Assembly: GCA_017499595.2 (NCBI GenBank) | Contig: CM039000.1 | Span: forward strand, 1,984,001-2,048,000 | Reading direction: 5' to 3' | Source of the DNA: Psilocybe cubensis | Lineage: Eukaryota | DNA: 64,000 bases | In this document: positions 25,295-37,141 of the stretch, piece by piece | How positions within the stretch are numbered: position 1 is the first letter of the stretch | How the letters are laid out: each line of letters opens with the position of its first letter | Notes under the pieces: model-generated | Told to the model about the DNA's origin: nothing | The model's input: only the letters and a program-made list of their open reading frames with translations | Database searches by the model: none | Made by a program: the position numbers and the translations under genes

Positions 25295-26732
25295 ATGTCT
25301 AGACGCCTTTATCTTGGCAGTATGCCTCTTCTTTCCAATGTTGTCTGCATAGTTTTATGGCTAATTCACTATCCAGGGCTACCTACCGATGCCCGTTCGG
25401 AGGATGTTTCCAAATTTTTCGACGGTTATGGCCGAATCATCGACTGTCGTGTCATGACTGGTGCGTTCAATTCCTTCAAACTTCGACAGTACAGTATTTA
25501 AAATTATTCTTTTAGGTTTTGGGTTTGTTGAATTCGAAAATGCAAAGGTAGTCAACACTATTCACAGTTGTTCAAATAGACTTCTTAACGCGGTCTTTAG
25601 GACGCCGAGGATGCTGTCCACAACTTCAACGGCAAACCCTTCATGGGTGTCAAGTACGACTGATTTAGTGTCCAGGGTCTTCTTTATTAACTGCTTTTTG
25701 CAGTATTGTAGTCGAGTTCGCCAAGGAAAGTCGTCCTCGTCGAGAGGTTTACGAAGACAGAGGCGGTTATGGGTATGGCCAACGTTCTTGCAAATGCACA
25801 CACAGGGCGTTCAATTGGCTTATAATTCTAGAGCTCCCCGTGCCCGTAGGCCTCCTGGAATCCGCCTGATTGTATCTGGAGTTTCCCGTGACACTAGCTG
25901 GCAGGTACGACCTCTCTCCTAATCCTCGTGTTGAACAGGTTTCTTGGCGAATGCGTGAATCTATCGCAGTCGCCATTGTCATTCGAAGTACCGATACTGT
26001 TCCTTATCGTTGATATATTGGGCTATGGCTATGGCCTTTCCGCACAAAGAAGCCCGCACGGACCTAACCCTTTACTGCCTGTAGGACCTGAAAGACTTTG
26101 GTCGGGATGCTGGCAGCGTCTCTTTCGCTGATATTGATCGTGACATTCCCGGACAAGGGTGAGTTACACATGTTTGTCTCTTTCTGTGCTTATTACTTAG
26201 CTCCTTTCACAGAGTACTTGAGTATCTTTCTAGAGAGGATGCTGATCGTGCTCTCAAGGAACTTGATGGCAAAGAACTTCGTGGACGCCCTGTTCGCGTC
26301 GCTCTTGACGACTCTGTGAGCCAAGCTTGTATGATCTTTGAGCAAATGCTTAACCACTGTCAGCGTTCCGGACCTGATAATTATCGTCGAGACGATCGTC
26401 GTGATGATCGTCGCGATGACCGATACAGTAGGGATGACCGTAATGACAGATATCGCCGTGATCGTTCAAGGTCGCCTCCCCGCCGTGGTGAATACGAAGA
26501 CCGTCGTTCCGCCAGGTCGCCCCCTTCCAGACGGGAGGCTGACGATAAAAGACCTGCAGGGTACGATGATTACCGGCGCGGAGGTTATGATGACCGCAGA
26601 GGGCCTGATTATTATTATGACCGACGTAGGGATGATCAAGATCGTCGTCGAGATGACAGAAGACGCGACGACAAAGAAGATCGATACGACGACAGGCCAA
26701 GGCACGCGAATGGTGAAGGATGGTCTCGTTGA
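25295..26732 (+). CDS. SR-family splicing factor with two RRMs (SRSF4/5/6 / Srp2-like), RD/RS-rich tail
   Basis: RRM1 RLYLG...GFGFVEF; pseudo-RRM signature SWQDLKD split by an intron; C-terminal RRDDRRDD/RSRSPP low-complexity domain. Confidence 0.92.
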
Positions 26733-27179
26733 GGATTTTCGAGGACGTTTGCTGGAAAACGGATGGCATACGAATGGTTTTCTTTCCTTCTATAATGGAC
26801 TTCTCCGCTCTTTGTGGTCTTGTCGTCGTTTACCCGGACCGTGTACTTCTCTTTTGGTTGGTCAACCCGCTCGGAGAGGCTTAAGGCAATCTGCGATGTC
26901 ATAACTAGGACCGTCGCGAGGAGACCATGCAACTGTATAACGGTCGAAGGTTAAGGCTTCACTATTTTCACTCGGATTTAAAGCGGACATCGCACGGTCG
27001 TGGTTCCTTCCTGTCAGGTAGGTTCGATATCACAGGATGGAACTTTCAAGGAACAGCGTCAAGTGCAAATGATTGGCCATCACAAGCTTTTGATTTCATC
27101 GACAGTGTGGAATTCTAGAGGTGTAAGTATGTTTACTTCTGTCTTTGTATTATGGTTGTCTATACATTGTCGACCAATA

Positions 27180-29238
27180 TCACTGGACTTGATACACAAT
27201 TTGTGAACCGCTGTCTACCCCAAGCCAGTCAAGGTCTCTAAGGTCATGCTCTTTGTCAAGTTTCGTGAGAGTGCCGTTTCCCATGTGCAACCAGAATGCG
27301 ACATTAGTTCGACGGTAGTCAACCTTGAGAATCTTGCATATCTTCAGGCGCAAAACACGGAATGACATCGTAGGAAGAACCCGAAGCGTTGTTTGTGGGT
27401 TAGACGCAAAAGCACCGCTGCTTTGTTCCATAGATTTGTCGTAAGGATACACTTGAAGATCTAGTGGCATTAACAATGAGTTAGAAAAAATTGGTTTGGA
27501 AAATTGGGATTGCAAATAAAACCTATTAGATGGTCGCTGAGCTTATTCTGAACATTTTTCTGCTTTTGAACTTGGTCTGGTTTACCATACTCTGCCGAAG
27601 GGTTAATTGTGTTCCATCAGGTTATCGACTTTTTCATAGAATGAAACTGATTCACATACTTTTGCACAAATCAGGCCAACGATAGTGCGTTTTAGCCCTC
27701 ACGTCATCCGCTACATTCCCCTGTTGTATGATGGTCGACATGTAAAAAAGTTCGGAATCTGTGCGTTCCCTTGAAGATATCTAGATCAACGTTTAGCAAA
27801 TTGAGCGTAGTATGTTTCAATCATGACCCACAAACGCCCCATCTAATGTCACAAGAGACGGTACTCTCGCGATCATAAAGGGCCGGGATTGTGTTCCGAG
27901 GTCATTATCTCCACAAAGGCAAAAAAAAGTAAGAGTATATATAATACATTAAAGCAACGTGTTGCCTCACCATTCATAAGCGGATTCCCATTCATCATCA
28001 ATGTCTCCAGAGAAGGTAGCCAACAGGATAAAGCATCGATGGTTTCCCACGAGCTGATGCGATTGTCCGACAATGAGAGATACTTGATACCAGGTAGGCA
28101 GTTCGAGGAAGACTCTGGAAAGGGGATATCTTCGATGTGATTAGAAGTCAAGACAACGCGCTGTAAACTTGACATATGGTGATGATAAAATTCAATTCAG
28201 AATTCAAAAGGTTCAGATTATTGATACATACGAATCGTATTCCCTAAAAGAATCACAAATATGCATCCAGTCGGAGCATGCATTGGTGTCCAGGTTGAGG
28301 GATTCAAGGTTGGGTTTGAATGCGGTACTACGTTTATCACCGCACAGTCTGGAGAGATGGTTATAGCCCAGTTCAATCACCCGAAGCTGTGGCATGAAAG
28401 CTGTTATCGTCTGCATATCAGACCAGCTGATCAGAGTGTCGTTCAACTGAATTTCCGTCAACCTCTGAAAAGCAGTTGCCAAACGATCATAATTCAAGGG
28501 CATCTGAAGACGATTCCGACTATCCTGGAGATCTAATTTGAGAATGGCATGTAATTTTCGCAGCAACTTACCTTAAAGAAAGTCTCTCAAGCAGAAACAA
28601 AGGCCCTGTGATATCAGCTACTGTTTCCCAGTTGGGTAGCAGATTCTGGGAGAGATCCAATCCACGGATGTCTTGCTAACGTTCAGCAACTGATTTTTCG
28701 GGATAGATGGCATGCAAGAGCTTACTTGGACAGGTTTTTGTGATATCAGCCGGGGGATCTCCTTGCACCACAGTGGCCTTGTCTAGGCTGACCTCACGCA
28801 AGCGGTCCAATCGAGAAAATTTATCTCTGATTTTATCCAAGGAAACAGCGGTGACTTGGATGGCGCCTTGAGAAGATCCGAGAGTGACTATCTCGTCTGA
28901 TCCATGCAAAGGTTCAATATATTTTGCTGTGAGAGCGTCCAGAAAGGTTACACCATATTGTATGTGCTGATTAGGCCTGATGAAAGACCCTGCGGATGCA
29001 AAACTGCGAGAGATCACTGTTCATTAGGGCAGTGACGAGAGCAGGAAATGACCACCTACCGACAGGAGAAATATCTGGTGCCATCCTTGGATCCATCATG
29101 TCTGCCGCGGCCTGGGTCATCCCATTCAACACCGAGCCAGATACCTGGTGTATTTCCAACCGGGCCTGTATACCTGATAGTGCCAATGTCGTTGTTGAGG
29201 CTGAAGCGAGTGCCGAGAGAGGGTATACTAGGGCTCAT
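27180..29238 (-). CDS. TBCE: Tubulin-folding cofactor E (CAP-Gly + LRR + ubiquitin-like)
   Basis: CAP-Gly GTIRYTGPV..WLGVEWDDPGRGRHDGSKDGTRYF; leucine-rich repeats (LDLSQNLLP, LSLSDNRI); C-terminal UBL-like exon. Confidence 0.92.
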
Positions 29239-29489
29239 CGCAACTGCATGGGAGCGAAAGCGGATGTGTTTGAAATTGAATAATTAGGTGAATAAGCCCT
29301 AACCTTAACCATAAACTAAGTTCCTCAATCAACTTGTGACCTCAACAGGCAACAAGCTTTTCCGACGTCCGTTTGGCATCTGACTGCGACCGTTTCCCGT
29401 CTTCCACATCCATAATTCGGTCTCCGTCGGAAGCCGTGTCATAATCACGCATTTTCTCGTGCTAGAACAAGCAGAGCTCCAAGTTACTC

Positions 29490-31346
29490 ATGTTGGCTGC
29501 AACCATCCGCAGCAAAATGTCCCGCGGTTCTGCTCGCGCTGCCTACCAAAGAACAACAGCCATAGGTCAACATATGATGTCGACAACAACTACTGACGAA
29601 GTAAGTGGCTTGCCACGCGTATTTGCTCGTACTAATTGGTGTATCTCAGCCGACTGTTCTGTTCGAGTCCAATTCTTCCCTTCGAACGTACATTCTCAAC
29701 AGGCCAAAGAAGCTCAATGCCCTCGACGACACGATGCTGTCTGCTCTTAGACCCAAGATCGAGGTTTGTTTCGTGATAGTCGCGTCTGATGTTTATAATG
29801 ATTGCCATGTGTTAGGAATGGAGTTCCTCCGACCTTTGCGGTACAATCGTTGCACGCGGGAATGGTCGTGCTTTTTGCATCGGAGGTGATGTAGGAAGTA
29901 AGTCTATGCCGGATGAATTGAAGAAGCATGGCTCTTAACATAAACTTCCTCAGGTGTTGCCAATAACGCGGCAGATCCAGCGACCCGTTCACTTGCAACC
30001 GAATTTTTCAAACGCGAGTCAGTCTTCTATATCTCATGATTGATTGTTCACAAGTGTTGACGGATGGGAAAGGTTCGAATTGGACTTCATTCTTGCAGCG
30101 CTCAAGAAACCGTACATTGCCATCATGGATGGCATGACTAGTATGTGGTTCCTTGTACTTTATATAGCCATGCTTTATTGAGTTCATTTCAGTGGGAGGT
30201 GGGGTCGGGTTGGCGGCTAATGCCCCATTTCGTATCGCTACCGAAAAGACTGTCTACGCCATGCCTGAAACAAAAATAGGCTACTGCCCAGATGTTGGAG
30301 GTAGTTATTTCTTGTCGAGGTTGGATGGCGAAATTGGGACATATCTCGCGCTTACTTCCGACACCATATCCGGAAGAGCCGTGTTGTAAGTCCGTTGCAC
30401 TTCTATTGTTTTTTTTGGTATTCAATATCAACATATCTTCCAGCGAACACGGCCTCGCTACACACTATATTCCGTCGAGAAGGATCCCTATGCTCCTTGA
30501 CAGACTTGCTGAGCTAAACCAGCCACACTCTAGCCTGGTGGATCGTATTATTGAAGATCTTTCCGCGGAACGCGAACCCACAGAAACTCCTGCGCCTTTC
30601 ACAGGTGCAAAGCGAGTCGCGCTGGATTATGCTTTTCGCCATAACAAAGTCGAATCCATCATTAATGATTTGGAGATTTTTGCCGCTAGTGATAATGCAG
30701 AGGTAGCGAAATGGGCTTCGGACACGTTGGTCATGCTACACCAACGTAGTCCTACTAGTCTCAAAGTTGCACTTCAAGCCATTCGCCGAGGGTCCAACTT
30801 ATCCCTTCTTCAATCACTGGAGATGGAACTCAAGATTGCCACAGCCTTTTGCGTGAGTTGACATCATTTAAGGTACTTATAGACGTCATCTGACATTAAT
30901 CGCAGCATGGTGCAAGTCCCGATTTTAAAACAGGTGTTGATGCAGTCATTTTCAAGGCCAAGAAAGCCCATGAACGTCCCGAGTGGTCCCCACCGACCCT
31001 CCAAGAGGTCACTCCCGCAATCGTCAACCGATTTTTTGACCCGAAATCGCCTTTCCTGACGTCGGCACCGTCCCTCGACCTCCCGGCGGAACTGACATCA
31101 GGCACCATTTCAAACCCACTGAAATATGCCTTGCCCACAGAAAAAGAGATTGGGTCTGTGGTTACAGGTTCTCACGCGTCGGGCGGAGGACTAGGCCTTC
31201 GATTCGATGAGTTGCTGGACAGATTTGCGGAGCTGCGACCGGGCAAGATGGGAGTCAAGGAAAAACTGCTCGAAGTTGTGCAGCGAAGGTGTGTGCTAAC
31301 CGACAACGCGGATGGCAATCAAGTATGGTTAAAGTGGAAACACTGA
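29490..31346 (+). CDS. EHD3: 3-hydroxyisobutyryl-CoA hydrolase, mitochondrial (crotonase fold)
   Basis: ILNRPKKLNAL, RAFCIGGDV, MGGGVGL, FRIATEKTVYAMPETKIGYCPDVG, RSPTSLKV, PDFKTGV. Confidence 0.93.
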
Positions 31347-32239
31347 AAATGATATGCCTGGTTTTCGTTTACTGGTATGAGAAGTTACGCGAATGTTACC
31401 GGGAATAGAAATATCCGAGCAAGCAGGCATAGCTGAGTGATTGACCTAAAAAGTCAAGAAGATCCACAGATAAAGTATCGTAAGGGTGAGCGCTGTTGAA
31501 CCCTTGAGTGGTCCAGAAGCTCAATGCTCAAACGCGATCGAAACGGGAAAGAGCTGGAGAAAGACGATTGTCTTGTGTCAGCAGGGTCAACTAGAGGACG
31601 GCCGGTCGAAAAAAATAAAAGGATTAGGTCGGATCGTTGTGGGCGCAAGGCTAATCTGGGTTCCTGGCATCACCAATTCTGGGGCAACATGCAAATCGCC
31701 GAGCAAAAACAAACACCATCACTGTATTAAGGACGCTAGACTCAAGATGGCCAACAGTCAACGCCAATGACAAGAAAATATTTTTTCAGATGACGTGCAA
31801 TCAAAAGCTGTGGTAGACCACGTCGGCGGCACTGCATATTCGTTTGTATCTAAGATAAGTCTTTGACACGGCGCAGCAGTTCTGTGTTACCAAGACATGG
31901 TTTATTTCTGGGAAGTCAACACAGGAAAGTAATCAAAAACGACAATTGATTGGGATGGAGGTCGTGCGAATTTTCAATTTATATTGGCCCTTTCTCCTCC
32001 TGATGAAAGATCCAGTCAACAACGGACCTAAGGCCTTTGAGCACAGATTAAATGGATCTCCACCTCTACCAATCGGTCTCTCGAATAGGACATTCCTCCG
32101 ACAAGGGGTAAAAACATGTATCTCAGGGTACAGTTCCATCCCATTGGTGTCATAAAATGATGTGGCGTAAGCTTTTCTTCAATTTTCTATAAGAGCTAAC
32201 CATACTGTCCTTGTACCTCCAACCCCTCCCGTTTCTCCA

Positions 32240-33733
32240 ATGGACGTCGTCAATGTACTCCAGACACCACCTATCTTCTTTCGTTTGTTTATAAAGCTCG
32301 CATTGTCGTTGTTCAGTTCCACATTCAACCTCAACTACAAAGCTATCCCTGAGAGGCGCCAACAGAGCTCATATGACATCGACCCTCGGACTGGCTTTTT
32401 CCCCCCAAAACCTCTCCAGCGCCTGCCATCGGGCTACTCCATCTGGGAGGATGCTTTGCGCGCCGCGAATGGGAATTTGAGTTTGGGTGAAGACGACTCG
32501 GAAGAAGCCTTGTCCAAACGCGCCTTTGGTGAAAGATGGAGATCGAATATCGCGTCTGTTAGTATATTTTTATCCTCCTTAAATGCACTATTACTTATCG
32601 AACGCGACATTTTCGCCCAGTGGCCCGTGTTGGATTGTACCCCACTACAAACTGATCTCCGTTCTTGTCAGCGCGCGCATATGGTTCTTGCATGGCTCGT
32701 CAATTTCTATGTCCATTCAATGCCTCGTCCTCAAGGAACACCGGCTCTTGTGCCAAAGTCCTTGGCAGTTCCATTGACTCAAATTTCTCGTCACCTTGCA
32801 ATGGCTCCTGTCCTTACGTTCGCCGACACAGTGCTGTGGAATTGGGAGCTTGTAAATCCTGCGGAACCCCTATCCATGGACAACATTCGATTCGTTAATC
32901 TGTTCTCAGGGACCGATGACGAAAGGAATTTTTATCAATCTTCTGCGAGGGCCGAGCTGCGCGGGGTAGAGATTTTGCGGATAATTGATGACTATACATC
33001 CCATCCCAATATTAGAGACCTGACCGCCATTTCAAAAGTCGCTCGAGATCTCACTCGTCTTTCGGGGATTGTGGATTCGATCAGTGAAATTATTCAATCT
33101 GTGCGTCCTAATTGCGACCCTCACGTTTTCTATTGGGACATTCGTCCATGGTTCGAAGGCAGCGACGCGAAAGGACCTACGGAGCCAGGTTGGATCTACG
33201 AAGGAGTGGATGTATCTGAACCACTTGACCTCAGCGGACCATCCGCTGGTCAGAGCAGTGTCATGCACGCTCTTGACATTTTTCTGGATATTGATCATAA
33301 ACTTGGCCAAAGACGTTACCCTGCGCCTTCATCAGAGAATAAGCGCGCCGATCTAGGCTTCATGGAGAGGATGAGGCGATATATGCCAGGAAAACACCAG
33401 GACTATCTTCGACAACTTTCCTCGATCTCTCTAACCGTACGCGAAGTGGCACGATCGACTCCTGCTCTTCGTGATCCTTACGACAATGCCGTCACAGCGT
33501 TGAAGCGCTTACGAGACCAGCATATACGTATTGCTTGCCTGTATATTGTGACAATGTCTCGATCCACCCCAGGTTCACGGGCAGGATGTCCAGCAAGTGC
33601 AATGATTGAACGACTCCAAGCTGCTAGGGCGTCCGGGAAGGGGCCCGTTCGGGGGACAGGGGGCAATGAATTGTCTGTTCTCCTCAAGGCGGGGAGGGAT
33701 GCTACTCGGCGGGCAATCTTGAAGTCCAATTGA
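32240..33733 (+). CDS. Indoleamine 2,3-dioxygenase
   Basis: TGFFPP, RAHMVLAWL, DTVLWNW, FYWDIRPW, GPSAGQSS, MRRYMPG, proximal His in RDQH, RGTGG. One probable in-frame 63-nt intron at 32558-32620. Confidence 0.95.
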   Translation: MDVVNVLQTPPIFFRLFIKLALSLFSSTFNLNYKAIPERRQQSSYDIDPRTGFFPPKPLQRLPSGYSIWEDALRAANGNLSLGEDDSEEALSKRAFGERWRSNIASVSIFLSSLNALLLIERDIFAQWPVLDCTPLQTDLRSCQRAHMVLAWLVNFYVHSMPRPQGTPALVPKSLAVPLTQISRHLAMAPVLTFADTVLWNWELVNPAEPLSMDNIRFVNLFSGTDDERNFYQSSARAELRGVEILRIIDDYTSHPNIRDLTAISKVARDLTRLSGIVDSISEIIQSVRPNCDPHVFYWDIRPWFEGSDAKGPTEPGWIYEGVDVSEPLDLSGPSAGQSSVMHALDIFLDIDHKLGQRRYPAPSSENKRADLGFMERMRRYMPGKHQDYLRQLSSISLTVREVARSTPALRDPYDNAVTALKRLRDQHIRIACLYIVTMSRSTPGSRAGCPASAMIERLQAARASGKGPVRGTGGNELSVLLKAGRDATRRAILKSN

Positions 33734-34437
33734 CACTATTCCTAGAGGAGATGGTGTCGGAATGTCAAATGTTTTTTTTTGCTCTGACATGATTTTTTTT
33801 GCTTGCTTTCGATCTGGCTTTCGTACCTTTTGATGTTTGACATTTTGCTACATAATTGTTTTTCCATAGTAACATATTATACATATACGCATATATATTA
33901 GCTATAATTCATAATATAATGATTGAACCTTCCATGCTTACAGTATTCATGCTATAAATCAGAGTTTCAAAATTTACTCCACTTTTTCAATTATGATTAT
34001 CTGGGGAAGTGGCAAAAAGTCGGGTGCGGTTCGGAAGACAATTGCCAATGGATGTCGACTTAAGTTTCGGAATGCTCATGCCACCGCCGAAATTTACAGT
34101 TCTGTCAATCAGGAAAAGGAACGCAACATACAATACTATGTTTTGAAACCGGGAGTCATCAGTAGCCACAGAAATTTTCTTGGTCTTTCCGGTCGAGGCC
34201 TTGAACCGGCTTGAACATAGTCGTCCTAAGCCAACAAAACAATCTCCGGTTGGAGTTCACTGAGCAAGGGACGCAGAAAGCAATATCATATTCTGTGCCA
34301 CGACCTAATTAAATCGTGTTTCATTTCAATCTGATATCACCCTTTGCTGAACCTTTTAGATAGTTTTCAGGGCTGTTTCGCAACTGCTTTGTTGTGTTTT
34401 CCAGTCAAGGTTTATCAGCGTCACGTAAGTATGTCAG

Positions 34438-34453
34438 CACGCGAAAAACGCGT
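34438..34453. promoter_or_regulatory. SCB/MCB-like cell-cycle boxes upstream of RPA1
   Basis: CACGCGAAA followed by ACGCGT about 75-90 nt upstream of the RPA1 ATG; RPA1 orthologues are classic MBF targets in yeasts. Confidence 0.55.
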
Positions 34454-34527
34454 GTAGTCACACTTGGTCACATATCTAGCTCGTTCTTCATTTCAACCAT
34501 CACCAACCTGCTCAAAGAGAAATTGAC

Positions 34528-36774
34528 ATGTCTGTACCAACGCTGACCAAAGGCAGCATCAAAGCTTTGCAGAAAGCGTCTCCTGAAGATATCGACGTCT
34601 TTGATCATGAATATACTCTCCAGTTCCTGTCCATCAAGAAGGTTGGCAATACTGCGAATGCCCCCACACCTGCACCTCCAGAACGCTATCGCTTGATCAT
34701 TTCCGATGGCGAGAACTACATGCAGGCAATGCTTGCAACTCAACTCAACGACCTTGTTCAAAACAACTCGATCACAAAAAATACTGTGGCTGTAATTGAC
34801 AAACTTACATGCAACTATGTTCAGGAGAAGAGGTACGCAGTCGCGTCCGTACGCCGTGTAACGTATATTAATATATGACTAGGCTTATAATTATCCTTGG
34901 CCTTCGTGTCCTTCAACACACGGTTGATAAAATTGGTGATCCACAGCAACTAGAACCTGACCATAGTGAGACACCCACAGCTGTGAACAAACCAACTGCA
35001 TCTTCTTCTGTAGCACCAGCTGCCCACACAGCTCCTGCACCCCGGCCGCAGGCACCTTCGAATAACAGTCGTCATGGTAGCATTTTTCCTATTGAGGGCC
35101 TTAGTCCTTACCAAAATGGGTGGACTATCAAGGCTCGCGTCACTCATAAGTCCGAAATCAAGACATGGGCGAACGCTCGAGGTGAAGGAAAGCTTTTCAA
35201 TGTGACTTTGATGGACGACTCTGGAGAAATTCGTGGCACTGGTTTTAATCTTGTTGTTGATGAATTGTATCCCAAGTTGGAAGAGGGAAAAGTTTACTTC
35301 ATCTCCAAAGCCCGTGTCAATTTGGCAAAGAAAAAATTTTCCAACATCAACAATGATTATGAACTCAGCTTTGAACGAAACACCGAAGTTGAAGAGGCAC
35401 GTACCCTCTTCACTTTCTTTCCGACAAATATTAACATATCTTATCAAGTGTCATGAAACCACAAATTTGCCGACTATAAAATATAACTTTGTGCCATTAA
35501 ACGCTCTTGAGTCTTTGAGCAGGGATGCAATCTGTGGTATGTGATTTCTGTTGAACAATCTCCAATGTGAAATGGTGATACAAACGGACCATCTAGATGT
35601 CATCGGTGTTGTAAAAGAAGCATCTCCACTATCTGAAGTCACATCTGCAAAACAGAATCGTCAGGTACATTAGCCGATTTCTGTCAAATTCTTATTTTTG
35701 CTTATTTTAGCAGCTCATCAAACGTGAACTGACACTGGTCGATAAATCTGAATTTTCCGTTCGCCTGACTCTGTGGGGAAAGCAGGCAGAACAATACAGT
35801 GTTCCTGAGTCGAATCCTGTCATTGCCTTCAAAGGGGTAAAAGTCGGCGATTTTGGAGGTAGACTGTCTGCAATTGTGCCGATCGATTCCATCTAAAGAG
35901 CATTGCATAGGGCGCTCGCTATCTATGTTTAGTTCCAGCACTATGCAGGTCAACCCCGACATTGAAGAATGCTTCAGTCTTCGGGGTTGGTACGACAATT
36001 TGGGTTCCGACCAGACCTTCAAAGCTCATTCAAGCACTGGCGGTGCTTCATCGACATTTGGCTTTAATCGTGCAGAAATTCGCAGCCTGGACGAAATCAA
36101 ACAAACTGGATATGGCATGCCGGACAAACCAGAGATATTTTCCACACGTGCCACGATCATGCACATTAGGAGCGATAACATATCTTATCCGGCATGTCCA
36201 ACACCTAACTGTAACAAAAAGGTAGTAGAAATGAATGGGGCATGGAGATGCGAAAAATGTAATCAAAGCTTCGATACACCCGAGCATAGGTGTGTTCTTT
36301 GATTATGCTTCCTTGATTATTATAAATTCAACCGCTTGCCCAGATACATCATGTCTATGGCCGTTTCCGATTATTCTGGTCAAGCTTGGCTGCAAGGATT
36401 TAATGAGGTTGGGACCGCCGTGTTTGGCATTTCTGCAAATGAACTACTGGAAATCAAGGTGCGTAGACAAGAGTCTAGGCATTTTTTATCAACAACCCTG
36501 GACTTATCAAAACATTAGGCCAATAATCCCGTCGAGTATGATGCAAGGTTACACAGGGCCAACTGTAATACGTTCAATTTCTCGTGCCGCGCCAAACAGG
36601 ACACATACAATGTAACTAACATGCTCATTTGGTGGCATTAGGTTCATTTTGATAACTCTTTTTTTTTAGGAAACGACGCGTATTAGGTACGGTATATCTC
36701 GTATCCATCCTCTGAACTACAAAGAAGAAGCGGGGGCGATGCGAGATTTGTTGTACTCTGCCTGGGCCAGGTAG
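34528..36774 (+). CDS. RFA1: Replication protein A 70 kDa subunit
   Basis: RYRLIISDG..MLATQLN; IEGLSPYQNGWTIKARVT; GEGKLFNVTLMDDSGEIR; LTLWGKQA; zinc finger YPACPTPNCNKKV...CEKC. GC-AG intron at 35397-35448. Confidence 0.97.
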
Positions 36775-37141
36775 AATGACGGTTTATCCTGTTATCTGTA
36801 TGTAGTGTCGAATGTGGTGTCTTTGTATGAGTAATTATCTTGCAATTGATATGCTATGCCAACCATTTTAGTTGGGCCTGACTCTTAGATGCCTCTGTAA
36901 CTGACAACATTGAATTGGGTTGTTTGCACGTGTAATTATTGACGCGACTGTTTACAACCAAAGTCGCGCCAAAAGGCACCGCCTGATCAACCGGAGCCTA
37001 TACATTTTCAGCTCCCTCAAGGCGTCGTTCTCGCTCTGTGGCCCACGTCGTTGCTTTGAACGTTTCCACCAACTCGTTATTCCATTTGCTTTAGACGCGT
37101 TCATTAGCCTTCTTCAACCTGGTGTCAGTCTGGACATTGGC

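Noticed and set aside
26338-26932. Overlapping alternative-frame and antisense ORFs over the SR gene tail
   Set aside because: By-products of the low-complexity GAT/CGT (RD) repeats; no independent coding signal.
32240-33733. IDO as part of a tryptamine or secondary-metabolite cluster
   Set aside because: Neighbours are EHD3 and RPA1; no decarboxylase, kinase, methyltransferase, P450, NRPS or PKS in the window.
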